Virus record (IMG/VR): IMGVR_UViG_3300005663_000063
Coordinates: 1 to 50,596 of that record
Reading direction: 5' to 3' (one strand)
DNA from: a virus
Lineage: Duplodnaviria > Caudoviricetes
Length of the DNA: 50,596 nt
Part shown: piece after piece, positions 38,535-46,304 of the stretch
How the letters are laid out: every line of letters starts with the position of its first letter
Numbering within the stretch: the stretch's first letter is position 1
Translations under genes and position numbers: made by a program
Notes under the pieces: generated by a model
Databases searched by the model: none
What the model was told of the DNA's origin: nothing
What the model saw: only the letters and a program-made list of their open reading frames with translations

Positions 38535-39006
38535 ACCTGATAGGGAGAAGATAGCGACCTATGAGAAGATATGTCTGTCCTTTTGCATTAGAAACTCTGA
38601 TAAGGCACAAGTGGCAGGGATATTCAAAGAAATCCTAGCTCTCTTACCTGAACCTATAGATAGCCCTAAGCTGAGGGAGAAGATAAACCAGATTTTACAC
38701 CAATACATTATCCGCAATCTTTATGAAACTACTATTATAAGCGAAGGGTTGGTAACTGACCAAATCCTAGCCATTTGTGAGGAAGAGATAGGGAAGCACT
38801 ATAGTCCTGACTGCCCACAATGCTATGAAAACCTTCTTGAAAGTGGAGTTATTAAACAAGCCAAGCGTGAGGAGAGGAAGAGGATAATGAGGGAACTCGG
38901 AAATTATGCTTTTGCTGAGGCTCAACACATACCACAGTCGGGGCGAGAACCTGTTATTATTTGTTTAACCGAAGCTGATTTGCAAGCACTTCGAGGTGAG
39001 GAATGA
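38527..39006 (+). CDS. Hypothetical protein with an internal 44-codon repeat
   Basis: DRPDREKI...ILA / DSPKLREKI...ILA. Confidence 0.7.
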   Translation: MDRPDREKIATYEKICLSFCIRNSDKAQVAGIFKEILALLPEPIDSPKLREKINQILHQYIIRNLYETTIISEGLVTDQILAICEEEIGKHYSPDCPQCYENLLESGVIKQAKREERKRIMRELGNYAFAEAQHIPQSGREPVIICLTEADLQALRGEE

Positions 39007-39215
39007 AAGCGGGAGATAGAGTTAGGAACATATATTCAGGTAAAGCTGGTGTTGTGATTAAGGTGTGGGATGGCAAATATACAGTATCATATTATAAAGG
39101 GGAGCAATACAACCCTTACAGGATAACGGTAGAGTTAGACCATCAACCCCATGCAGCCCTTGACTCTTATATCCGTACCTTCAAAGCTGAACACTTAGAG
39201 GTAAGTGAAAAATGA
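39003..39215 (+). CDS. Small SH3/KOW-like protein
   Basis: MKAGDRVR...G.VIKV...HLE pattern. Confidence 0.6.
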   Translation: MKAGDRVRNIYSGKAGVVIKVWDGKYTVSYYKGEQYNPYRITVELDHQPHAALDSYIRTFKAEHLEVSEK

Positions 39216-39394
39216 TAACAACATGGGAAGAACTGGGTGAAGTTTTGGCTGAGTTTGAGAACCGCATCTCTTTATTAGAGAACTCTCTACCTTCCCATTC
39301 ACAGGAAGTAAGGGGAGTTAACTTAGAGCCAATTGTAAAAATCGTAAGGCATGTTTATGCAAGTAAAAAGAAAGAGGAAGGTCTTTATGAATAA
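39212..39394 (+). CDS. Hypothetical protein
   Basis: GAGGT RBS; ATGA coupling. Confidence 0.6.
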   Translation: MITTWEELGEVLAEFENRISLLENSLPSHSQEVRGVNLEPIVKIVRHVYASKKKEEGLYE

Positions 39395-39419
39395 GATAAT
39401 ATATGGAGGGTGGGGATAG

Positions 39420-39566
39420 ATGAAATGTTGTGTGTGCGGATGTAGTTCAACAAAAGAAAACCCCATGATAAAAGACCCTGACCCATACGAGTCGGAAATA
39501 AACAATGATGAAACAGAGGTGTGGGAATGCGAACAGTGTAGGGATGATTCAGCAATGGATATTTAG
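39420..39566 (+). CDS. 48-aa zinc-finger-like protein (not in the ORF track)
   Basis: MKCCVCGC...DPYESEINNDETEVWECEQCRDDSAMDI. Confidence 0.65.
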   Translation: MKCCVCGCSSTKENPMIKDPDPYESEINNDETEVWECEQCRDDSAMDI

Positions 39567-39594
39567 GCAATGAAGTAGAGAGTGAAGAGCTATG

Positions 39595-39700
39595 ATTGTT
39601 CTAAGTTGTTCTGTTTGTTCCACTCTAGGCGTGAATATACCATTTCTTGTTCTAATCTGTGTTGTGTGTTCCTCTTGTTCTCTTTGTTCTGTCTGTTCTA
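39595..39700. repeat. TGTTC iteron tract, putative replication origin
   Basis: TGTTC at 39597, 39607, 39616, 39648, 39667, 39676, 39685 and 39694, mostly at 9-10 bp spacing, directly upstream of the helicase-like gene. Confidence 0.6.
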
Positions 39701-39709
39701 GGAGTGGAT

Positions 39710-40597
39710 ATGGATTTAACTAAGGAAGCACTAAGGGCTTGGTGGATACAGACCACAGGTGAGAATCACTATAAGGCAGCCCTTGATGGGGATTTTAAGG
39801 TAAAGGATACTTTCTTTTATGACAAACTGCGTAAGTTAACCTTTGAGCTTGTGGCGGATAAAGTTATAACAAAGGTTCGCACCAAGAAGGATGGGATATA
39901 CCGCCTAGTGGATAAGGCAGATGAGGAGATAATGTGGTGGGAAGGGGAAGGCATAGATGATAGTAAGGTTAATCTCTTATTACCATTTGGATTGCATAAG
40001 GCAGTCTATGTACCACGCCCCGCCCTCATTCTTATATCGGGTGATACAAACGCTGGCAAGACAGCTATCGCCAATCAGATACTAAATATCAACCAAGAGA
40101 AGTTTGATGATATTCTGTTATTAATGACTGAGGGTTTGGATATGGTAAAGGGTAGGATGATGAACGCTATACCGAAATGTCCTATGCCACCCAAGTTCCG
40201 CACCTTCAGGAAGATGAACCACTTTGAGGATGACGTGCTTCCCAACGGGTTAACAGTAGTAGATTATCTAAGACCACCCAACCCTACATCCTTAATGTCT
40301 ATTGGCGAACCCTTAGAAGCAATTGCGGGAGTATTAAATAAGGGTACAGGGATAGCTGTAGTATGCCTTCAGAAGCCACGAGGCGAACGAGGGGAGGCTT
40401 TCGGGGGTATAATCACTCAATGGGACGCCTCTTTGGCTATGAGCATCCATACTACCGATACAAACTTCGTAAGCTATCTAAAACTCAATAAGATTAAGAA
40501 GCCCCTTATGTTGGATAAGGATTTATACAAGCTCAAGATACGGTTTAAAATATCACATGGAATACAACTGACAGAACTGGAGAAGGTTTATGAATAA
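39710..40597 (+). CDS. RecA/DnaB-like P-loop ATPase (putative replicative helicase) with an N-terminal winged-helix-like region
   Basis: Walker A GDTNAGKT, Walker B LTVVDYL, VCLQK; AGGAG RBS before MDLTKE. Confidence 0.75.
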   Translation: MDLTKEALRAWWIQTTGENHYKAALDGDFKVKDTFFYDKLRKLTFELVADKVITKVRTKKDGIYRLVDKADEEIMWWEGEGIDDSKVNLLLPFGLHKAVYVPRPALILISGDTNAGKTAIANQILNINQEKFDDILLLMTEGLDMVKGRMMNAIPKCPMPPKFRTFRKMNHFEDDVLPNGLTVVDYLRPPNPTSLMSIGEPLEAIAGVLNKGTGIAVVCLQKPRGERGEAFGGIITQWDASLAMSIHTTDTNFVSYLKLNKIKKPLMLDKDLYKLKIRFKISHGIQLTELEKVYE

Positions 40598-40621
40598 GAT
40601 AATATATGCTGAAAGGAGGGA

Positions 40622-40900
40622 ATGATGCCTATTGCCATTGTGGAAGAAATAATTATAGCTTTTTGTTCGCTGGTAATGATAACAGCAATTATGGTTGTTA
40701 TCTACTTTGGGCTAAAGGGGCTAAATATAGCTTGCCGATTAGGTCATCACCAACCTAGCCTTAGCGAAATGAGTTATAACTTTGAGACTAGAGAGATAAG
40801 TGTTCATTGTAAGGTCTGTCAGAAGGTAGTATATAAGGTTAAATCTGAAGACCAACTCACCGATAAGCAGTGGCTTGGGTTTAAGCAGATATTTGAATAG
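40622..40900 (+). CDS. Small protein with an N-terminal TM and C..GH / CxxC motif
   Basis: AGGAGG RBS; hydrophobic N-terminus; CRLGHH, CKVC. Confidence 0.65.
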   Translation: MMPIAIVEEIIIAFCSLVMITAIMVVIYFGLKGLNIACRLGHHQPSLSEMSYNFETREISVHCKVCQKVVYKVKSEDQLTDKQWLGFKQIFE

Positions 40901-40923
40901 CGTAGGCAATGAAGTAGAGAGTT

Positions 40924-41262
40924 ATGAAGATAAAGATTGACCCGCTGGATAAGCTAGTAGCCAAATATATTAAGTTAAGGGATAAATGGTGTCAGCGGTG
41001 TAGTGGCACAAGCGGTCTGCAAACTGCTCACTTTCATTCACGGCGGAAGCGGAGTGTGCGATACGATGAGGATAATCTGTGCCTTCTTTGCTTTGGCTGC
41101 CATAGTTACCTTGATGGCAACCCCTTAGAGAAAGTGGAATTCTTTAAGCAGAGACTAGGGGATAGGTTCGACTTCTTGGTAGCTAGGGCTAACAGGCCAG
41201 CCAAGCCAGATAAATCAGCAATCGCTTTATACCTGAAAGAACGAATAAAGGAGATGGAATGA
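40924..41262 (+). CDS. NinG/Rap-like HNH-fold recombination endonuclease
   Basis: LDKLVAKYIKLRD..CQRC, AHFHSR...RYDEDN...LC.GCH. Confidence 0.8.
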   Translation: MKIKIDPLDKLVAKYIKLRDKWCQRCSGTSGLQTAHFHSRRKRSVRYDEDNLCLLCFGCHSYLDGNPLEKVEFFKQRLGDRFDFLVARANRPAKPDKSAIALYLKERIKEME

Positions 41263-41408
41263 AGTATAAAATTACCATGCAAGTATTGATGCTCCTTTGG
41301 GGGATATGCCTAATGACTATACCTGCCTTTGAAGAGATTGGTGGTTATATCTTAGGCACTATCTGGATAGTGGGCAGTATCATTGTTGGTGCTATCCCTA
41401 ATAAATAA
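41259..41408 (+). CDS. Small two-TM protein (not in the ORF track)
   Basis: MKYKITMQVLMLLWGICLMTIPAFEEIGGYILGTIWIVGSIIVGAIPNK; ATGA coupling. Confidence 0.6.
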   Translation: MKYKITMQVLMLLWGICLMTIPAFEEIGGYILGTIWIVGSIIVGAIPNK

Positions 41409-41422
41409 CGGAGATGGAATAG

Positions 41423-42274
41423 ATGGCTGAAGAAGAACTAATACTTAGTGGAGAACCGATATATTATTCTCATACGCTCAACCCTAAATTCAAGGGCTTA
41501 ATCATAGCCCCTATATCTGATGTGCATTACGGCAACCCCCTCTTCTCCAAGAAGCACTTTCTACAGACAGTAAAATACTTAAAGGATACACCGAATGCTT
41601 ATACGCTTTTAAATGGGGATATGTGCGAGTCAACCATTAAGACCTCAAAGGGTGAGATTTTCAAACAAGTCGGCTCTCCGCAAGACCAGAGGGATTGGAT
41701 AATAGACCAACTAGAACCTATCAAAAAGAAGATACTCGGAATGACTATCGGCAACCACGAAATGAGGATTTACAATGAGGTTGGTATAGATATATGTAAA
41801 GACATTGCCAAAGCCCTCGGTGTGCCATACAGGGCGTCTGGTATGCTACTGAAGATAGCCTTCGGGGACTGGAACAGGAGTGTAGATGGGAAACCGTTTG
41901 TCTACTGGGGTTACTTCTCTCATGGATATGGTGGGGCTAGAACTAAGTCGGCTAAAGCAGTGAAAGTTGAGCGAGTAGCCACTTGGATACATGCTGATTT
42001 CTACTGCCTGTCGCATGACCATGTAGTGAATGCTGCCCCTGATATTTACTTATTACCAGACCCTAGAACTCGTGCTGAGAAGGATGCCGATGGTAAGGAA
42101 ACGGGTTTTACTGTGGGTAGACTAACCGCACATAGAAAGATGCTGGTTAAGACCAATGCTTATTTGAAATGGGGTGGCTATGCAGAGATGTTGGGCTTTC
42201 CGCCCAGTGATTTAACTACACCTTTAATCAAACTGTTTGGAACGGGTAAACCAACTGTAAGGGTAGAAGTATAG
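41423..42274 (+). CDS. Calcineurin-like metallophosphoesterase
   Basis: SDVHYG, NGD, GNHE, HG and SHDH motifs. Confidence 0.9.
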   Translation: MAEEELILSGEPIYYSHTLNPKFKGLIIAPISDVHYGNPLFSKKHFLQTVKYLKDTPNAYTLLNGDMCESTIKTSKGEIFKQVGSPQDQRDWIIDQLEPIKKKILGMTIGNHEMRIYNEVGIDICKDIAKALGVPYRASGMLLKIAFGDWNRSVDGKPFVYWGYFSHGYGGARTKSAKAVKVERVATWIHADFYCLSHDHVVNAAPDIYLLPDPRTRAEKDADGKETGFTVGRLTAHRKMLVKTNAYLKWGGYAEMLGFPPSDLTTPLIKLFGTGKPTVRVEV

Positions 42275-42514
42275 ATGAGTTTAGCAGAATGCCCTATCCA
42301 GGATATCTGTCAGAACTTTATTACAGGTGATAATAAGCCACCCAATAATCATGTCCGTACCATTGTGCCATGCAAATCATTCTTGGATATGTCTTGTGAG
42401 GAGAGTGTAAGAATACAAGCTTGGCTTGGGGGTGGTGAGGGAATAAGTTGTAATATTGAAAAAATAGGAAGAATAAAAAAAGAACTTCACAACTCGGATG
42501 TAGATGTGGTATAA
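42275..42514 (+). CDS. Cys-containing hypothetical protein
   Basis: ORF track; abuts the phosphoesterase stop. Confidence 0.55.
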   Translation: MSLAECPIQDICQNFITGDNKPPNNHVRTIVPCKSFLDMSCEESVRIQAWLGGGEGISCNIEKIGRIKKELHNSDVDVV

Positions 42515-42534
42515 TATGAATGGAGGTGATTATT

Positions 42535-43167
42535 ATGCCACAAATAGGTGATACCAAAAGAGCCAGGGAGATAGGAAAGTGGTTTAAGAAAGGCACAGGA
42601 AGTAAGGGGACTAAATATATCTGGTATGCTTGCGAGGATTGCGGTAGGGAGCGCTGGGTAGCAGTAGTGAAAGGTAAACCTAGTTACTTGTTTTGTAGAT
42701 ACTGTGTTCGTAAGGGCAAACGCTTTGACGATGTATTAAGAAAGAAACTTTCTCTATGTAATTCTGGGGCTAATAATAGGCGTTGGAAGGGGGGGCGGAG
42801 TGGAACCACTTCTGGTTACATAATGGTTAAAGTTCATCCTGATGACTTCTTCCTCCCTATGGCAACTAAGGATTGCTATATAATGGAGCATCGCCTTGTT
42901 ATGGCAAAACATCTCAATCGTTGCCTTTTACCGTGGGAGATTGTTCATCACAAGAATGGAATTAGAGATGACAATAGATTGGAGAATTTGGAATTATTAC
43001 CCACGAACAAACAACATGCTCCATCAATGAAATGGCAAGCGGAAATATTAAAACGTGATAATCAGATAATTGAATTGAAAAATGAAATAGCGGAATTACA
43101 ATTATATCTAGGAGAAGAACTTGCTTGCGATATTGAGAAAATAAAGAGAATAAAGGCAGGGAAATAG
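42535..43167 (+). CDS. Free-standing HNH homing endonuclease with an N-terminal Zn ribbon
   Basis: EHRLVMAKHL.R.L..WEIVHHKNGIRDDNRLENL; WKGG; GGAGGTG RBS and TGnTATAAT upstream. Confidence 0.9.
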   Translation: MPQIGDTKRAREIGKWFKKGTGSKGTKYIWYACEDCGRERWVAVVKGKPSYLFCRYCVRKGKRFDDVLRKKLSLCNSGANNRRWKGGRSGTTSGYIMVKVHPDDFFLPMATKDCYIMEHRLVMAKHLNRCLLPWEIVHHKNGIRDDNRLENLELLPTNKQHAPSMKWQAEILKRDNQIIELKNEIAELQLYLGEELACDIEKIKRIKAGK

Positions 43168-43171
43168 AGCT

Positions 43172-43357
43172 ATGAAAAATAACTCAACAGAATGTGATTT
43201 CCTTGACAAGTATAATGTGAATGCTGCGTCAATTGGTAAGGGGTTGGTTACTTTGGAAGATGGGACTGTCTGCCCTGAAGCCGACTTATGCCTTGATTAC
43301 TGTCCTTATAAGAAGTGTGTCTTGATAAAAGGTAAAAAAAAGGGAGGAATTAGATGA
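43172..43357 (+). CDS. Cys-rich hypothetical protein
   Basis: C....CL..CPY.KC. Confidence 0.55.
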   Translation: MKNNSTECDFLDKYNVNAASIGKGLVTLEDGTVCPEADLCLDYCPYKKCVLIKGKKKGGIR

Positions 43358-43671
43358 AAGTTAAGATACCAAGAGAGATTAAGATAGCAGGACACTGGTT
43401 TGCTATTGGATATGAAGAGGGACTCGCTTCTAGGCACCATAAATATGGGTTTGTCAGTACTGATACCCTTGTAATCCATGTAGAACCGACAATTCCCGAT
43501 TCATTGAAATCACAAACCTTACTCCATGAACTTGTGCATACACTGAGCGACCAGTTCATTTGTGCAAATGCCTTCTCAGAAGAAGTGGTGGGGCAAATAG
43601 CAACGGGTATTTGGGTAATGCTTTCAGATTTGGGTATTGAGTTTGACTGGTCAGAGATAAAGGAGGAATGA
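43354..43671 (+). CDS. HExxH zinc metallopeptidase-like phage protein
   Basis: TLLHELVH...E motif; GGAGG RBS. Confidence 0.75.
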   Translation: MKVKIPREIKIAGHWFAIGYEEGLASRHHKYGFVSTDTLVIHVEPTIPDSLKSQTLLHELVHTLSDQFICANAFSEEVVGQIATGIWVMLSDLGIEFDWSEIKEE

Positions 43672-43856
43672 TGACTAGAGAAGAGATAAGAGCAGATAGA
43701 GAGTTAGAGTTAGGTAACTACCAAGAATTCAGTTCAGTAGATGCGCTATTGGGGGACTTACATTCTTGCAGTTACATTTCGTGTCCTCTTTGCGGGTGTG
43801 TATTCTATCCAGAGACGGCGAGTTCCGTCTGTTGTGGGGTAAATAATGCCAACTAG
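43668..43856 (+). CDS. Small Cys-rich protein sharing its N-terminus (TREEIR) with the downstream gene
   Basis: AGGAGG RBS; CPLCG...CC. Confidence 0.55.
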   Translation: MMTREEIRADRELELGNYQEFSSVDALLGDLHSCSYISCPLCGCVFYPETASSVCCGVNNAN

Positions 43857-44139
43857 AGAAGAGATAAGGGAAGGGATAGCTAGAACTTATTTCAGTCATC
43901 GGTTTGCGGGTGATGTTTCCTTTGATGAGGTTAGTGATGAATGCTATGCCTTCGCAGATGTTGATATGGCAAATCTCCACTCTCAAGGTGTAGTAATCAA
44001 GGTGAAGGGGGAGTTGCCTCAGGTTGAGATTACTTACACGGGTTGGCTTACACCCTCTCAAATTACAGAGATAGGTGCTGCTTATCGCAAGGCTTATGCT
44101 GGCTTCGGAGCTTTTGAGCCATTGATAAAGGAGAAGTAA
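43846..44139 (+). CDS. 'TREEIREGI...LHSQGVVIKV' family protein, paralog of 31269..31478
   Basis: Shared motifs. Confidence 0.75.
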   Translation: MPTREEIREGIARTYFSHRFAGDVSFDEVSDECYAFADVDMANLHSQGVVIKVKGELPQVEITYTGWLTPSQITEIGAAYRKAYAGFGAFEPLIKEK

Positions 44140-44348
44140 TGCTCTGGTATCTTTCAGCCTTAGCCTTAATGTCTTACCCAATAGCGGAACTCAGTAGGGT
44201 TATAGTTATAGTGATAGTACGCTATCCCAATATCGCTATTGGAGCAGGGGAAGTTCCTCAGTCCGACTTTGTATGGGAGATTATATTGATGTGGATAGCT
44301 TACATTGTAGGAGCTGCTATACTAGCTTGGAGATTAAACAAAAAATGA
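44139..44348 (+). CDS. Small membrane protein
   Basis: Two hydrophobic segments; coupled to both neighbours. Confidence 0.6.
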   Translation: MLWYLSALALMSYPIAELSRVIVIVIVRYPNIAIGAGEVPQSDFVWEIILMWIAYIVGAAILAWRLNKK

Positions 44349-45709
44349 AACCAGTGTATTTCTTCAATCCGTCCTACGATGAGAGGAATATAAACTTCTA
44401 CAACCTCGGACTGATTAGTATTGCCTCTCATCTAAAAAGGAAGGGTATCCCTGCCTATGTTTATATGAACTACCTAGACGAAAGGCATACCAAGGACAAA
44501 GATTATGACCTTGTGTTGGAAGATGTATTAAAGGAGAACCCACAATATGTAGGGATTTCTTGTATGACAACACAATATATGGGGGCATTGGATTTAACCA
44601 AGAGGATTAAGGGGCTATCTGATGTTCCCGTTGTATGGGGCGGGCATCATGTTAATGCTTATGGGTGCAATGGGGCTGACTTAGGGGTAAGGGGTTGGGG
44701 GGAATTTAATGCAGAGAGGATTTATAATAATGCCCCACTATTTGTAAAGCGTGGAATACCAGCGAACCTTCCCCTAGATTTCTCTACTGTTATCAACTAT
44801 CAACCAGTAGAACGCCTGATGAGAGGCAGGATGGTCAAGCAGGCATCTATAATGACCTCTTATGGGTGTCCATATAAGTGCAGGTTCTGTGTTAATGCAA
44901 TAAAGGATAGCCAAGTTATCTATCGGGATATAAAGGCAGTGGTTCAAGAGATAAAGCAAGTCCTGAGTATGGGTGCTAACTCCATAGCTTTTTATGATGA
45001 GCTGTTCTGGGCAAAGCCTAAAAGGGTGGTTGACATAATAAAAAACCTAAAAGTTGAGGGTTTTAATTTTCCATGGTTGGCACTTGCAAGGATTGATAGT
45101 AGGCTGGAGGACTTAAAATATCTGGCAAGCAACGGTTGTGAGGAGATACACTTTGGAGTGGAGTCAGGCTCTCAGAGAATGATAGATGAGTGTATCAACA
45201 AGAGGATTAAGATAAAGGATGTTATCCCTGTTCTGCAAAGAGTATTGGATGCAGACATTATGCCCAGGGCTTCGTTCATATTTGGTATGCCTGGGGAGAC
45301 AATGGATGATGTATCACAAACCATTCACCTGATAATGGAAATGGCAGAGAGGTTTGGTAATCGGTTCGTGATAAACGCTTTCTTCTTCTATCCTATACCC
45401 AACACTCCTATGACAGACGAGGCGTTTAAAGGATTGAGTGCTCAGGATTGTATTGATGCAGCAAGACTCTCAGTCCATCCCTATAAACTCTTTGAACACT
45501 TTGATGCATATGACTGGTTGCCTGATAAGAAGTTCTTTGCTGAGTGTTGGTATATAGCAAGGGTTATCTCAGAGATATGTGCTCCTTATAAATATTACGA
45601 AGGTTATAAGCCAGAGTTCGGGGGGATGTCAGTATCTGATGGGACTTATAATGAATTGAATAATAGTGAACTAGCAAAGAAATGGCTAGATAAAGTAAGG
45701 GGGTTTTGA
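44345..45709 (+). CDS. B12-binding radical SAM protein (class B methyltransferase-like)
   Basis: LGLISIA, YVGISCMT, VVWGGHH, TSYGCPYKCRFC, GVESGSQR, GMPGET. Confidence 0.92.
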   Translation: MKPVYFFNPSYDERNINFYNLGLISIASHLKRKGIPAYVYMNYLDERHTKDKDYDLVLEDVLKENPQYVGISCMTTQYMGALDLTKRIKGLSDVPVVWGGHHVNAYGCNGADLGVRGWGEFNAERIYNNAPLFVKRGIPANLPLDFSTVINYQPVERLMRGRMVKQASIMTSYGCPYKCRFCVNAIKDSQVIYRDIKAVVQEIKQVLSMGANSIAFYDELFWAKPKRVVDIIKNLKVEGFNFPWLALARIDSRLEDLKYLASNGCEEIHFGVESGSQRMIDECINKRIKIKDVIPVLQRVLDADIMPRASFIFGMPGETMDDVSQTIHLIMEMAERFGNRFVINAFFFYPIPNTPMTDEAFKGLSAQDCIDAARLSVHPYKLFEHFDAYDWLPDKKFFAECWYIARVISEICAPYKYYEGYKPEFGGMSVSDGTYNELNNSELAKKWLDKVRGF

Positions 45710-46074
45710 TGAAGATAGTAAATAAACCTTGGGGATATGAGAAATGGCTACACGAAGGAAAGTATGTTCTCAAAGAGATATTTATTAAGAAAGGATTTAA
45801 GACAAGCCTTCAATACCACAAAAAGAAAACTGAAACAAACTATATCATAAGGGGGAAGGCAAAGCTCCAATGGTCTATAGTCGGTTACGAAATTAAGAAG
45901 AAGGGAGACTACTTCCATGTGAACCCAAATGAGGCTCATAGAGTAGAAGCACTTACTGACCTCCTTATGATTGAGGCATCTACACCAGAAGTGGATGATA
46001 TTGTAAGGCTAGAGGACGACTATGACAGAGGGAATGGGAGGATAGATAGTGAGCACGAAGAAGATAATAAATAA
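45706..46074 (+). CDS. Cupin (mannose-6-phosphate isomerase type II-like)
   Basis: KPWG, SLQYHKKKTE, HRVEA, STPEVDD.VRL.DDY.R. Confidence 0.85.
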   Translation: MMKIVNKPWGYEKWLHEGKYVLKEIFIKKGFKTSLQYHKKKTETNYIIRGKAKLQWSIVGYEIKKKGDYFHVNPNEAHRVEALTDLLMIEASTPEVDDIVRLEDDYDRGNGRIDSEHEEDNK

Positions 46075-46300
46075 AAGGAGGGGGAAAATAACTGATGTTG
46101 AGAAATCTGAAAGGTTAAGGATAAAATGCCTCATTGTATGGGGCATCATAGGCATCTTGATGCTAATTTCATTTGTAGTATTTAATAGCTTTCTTGAGGG
46201 CAAGTCTATGCGTGAATTTCCTGCTAACGTTGCTGGTGCTTTTCTAATGCTTTGGATGCTTACAGGTATTGGATTATCAGGTGGTGGGGGGGGTATGTAA
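46049..46300 (+). CDS. Small two-TM membrane protein
   Basis: Hydrophobic segments; lies between sugar enzymes. Confidence 0.55.
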   Translation: MSTKKIINKRRGKITDVEKSERLRIKCLIVWGIIGILMLISFVVFNSFLEGKSMREFPANVAGAFLMLWMLTGIGLSGGGGGM

Positions 46301-46304
46301 TAAT

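Noticed and set aside
39595-39709. Hydrophobic N-terminal extension of the helicase from 39659
   Set aside because: It is the translation of the TGTTC repeats; the AGGAG RBS supports ATG 39710
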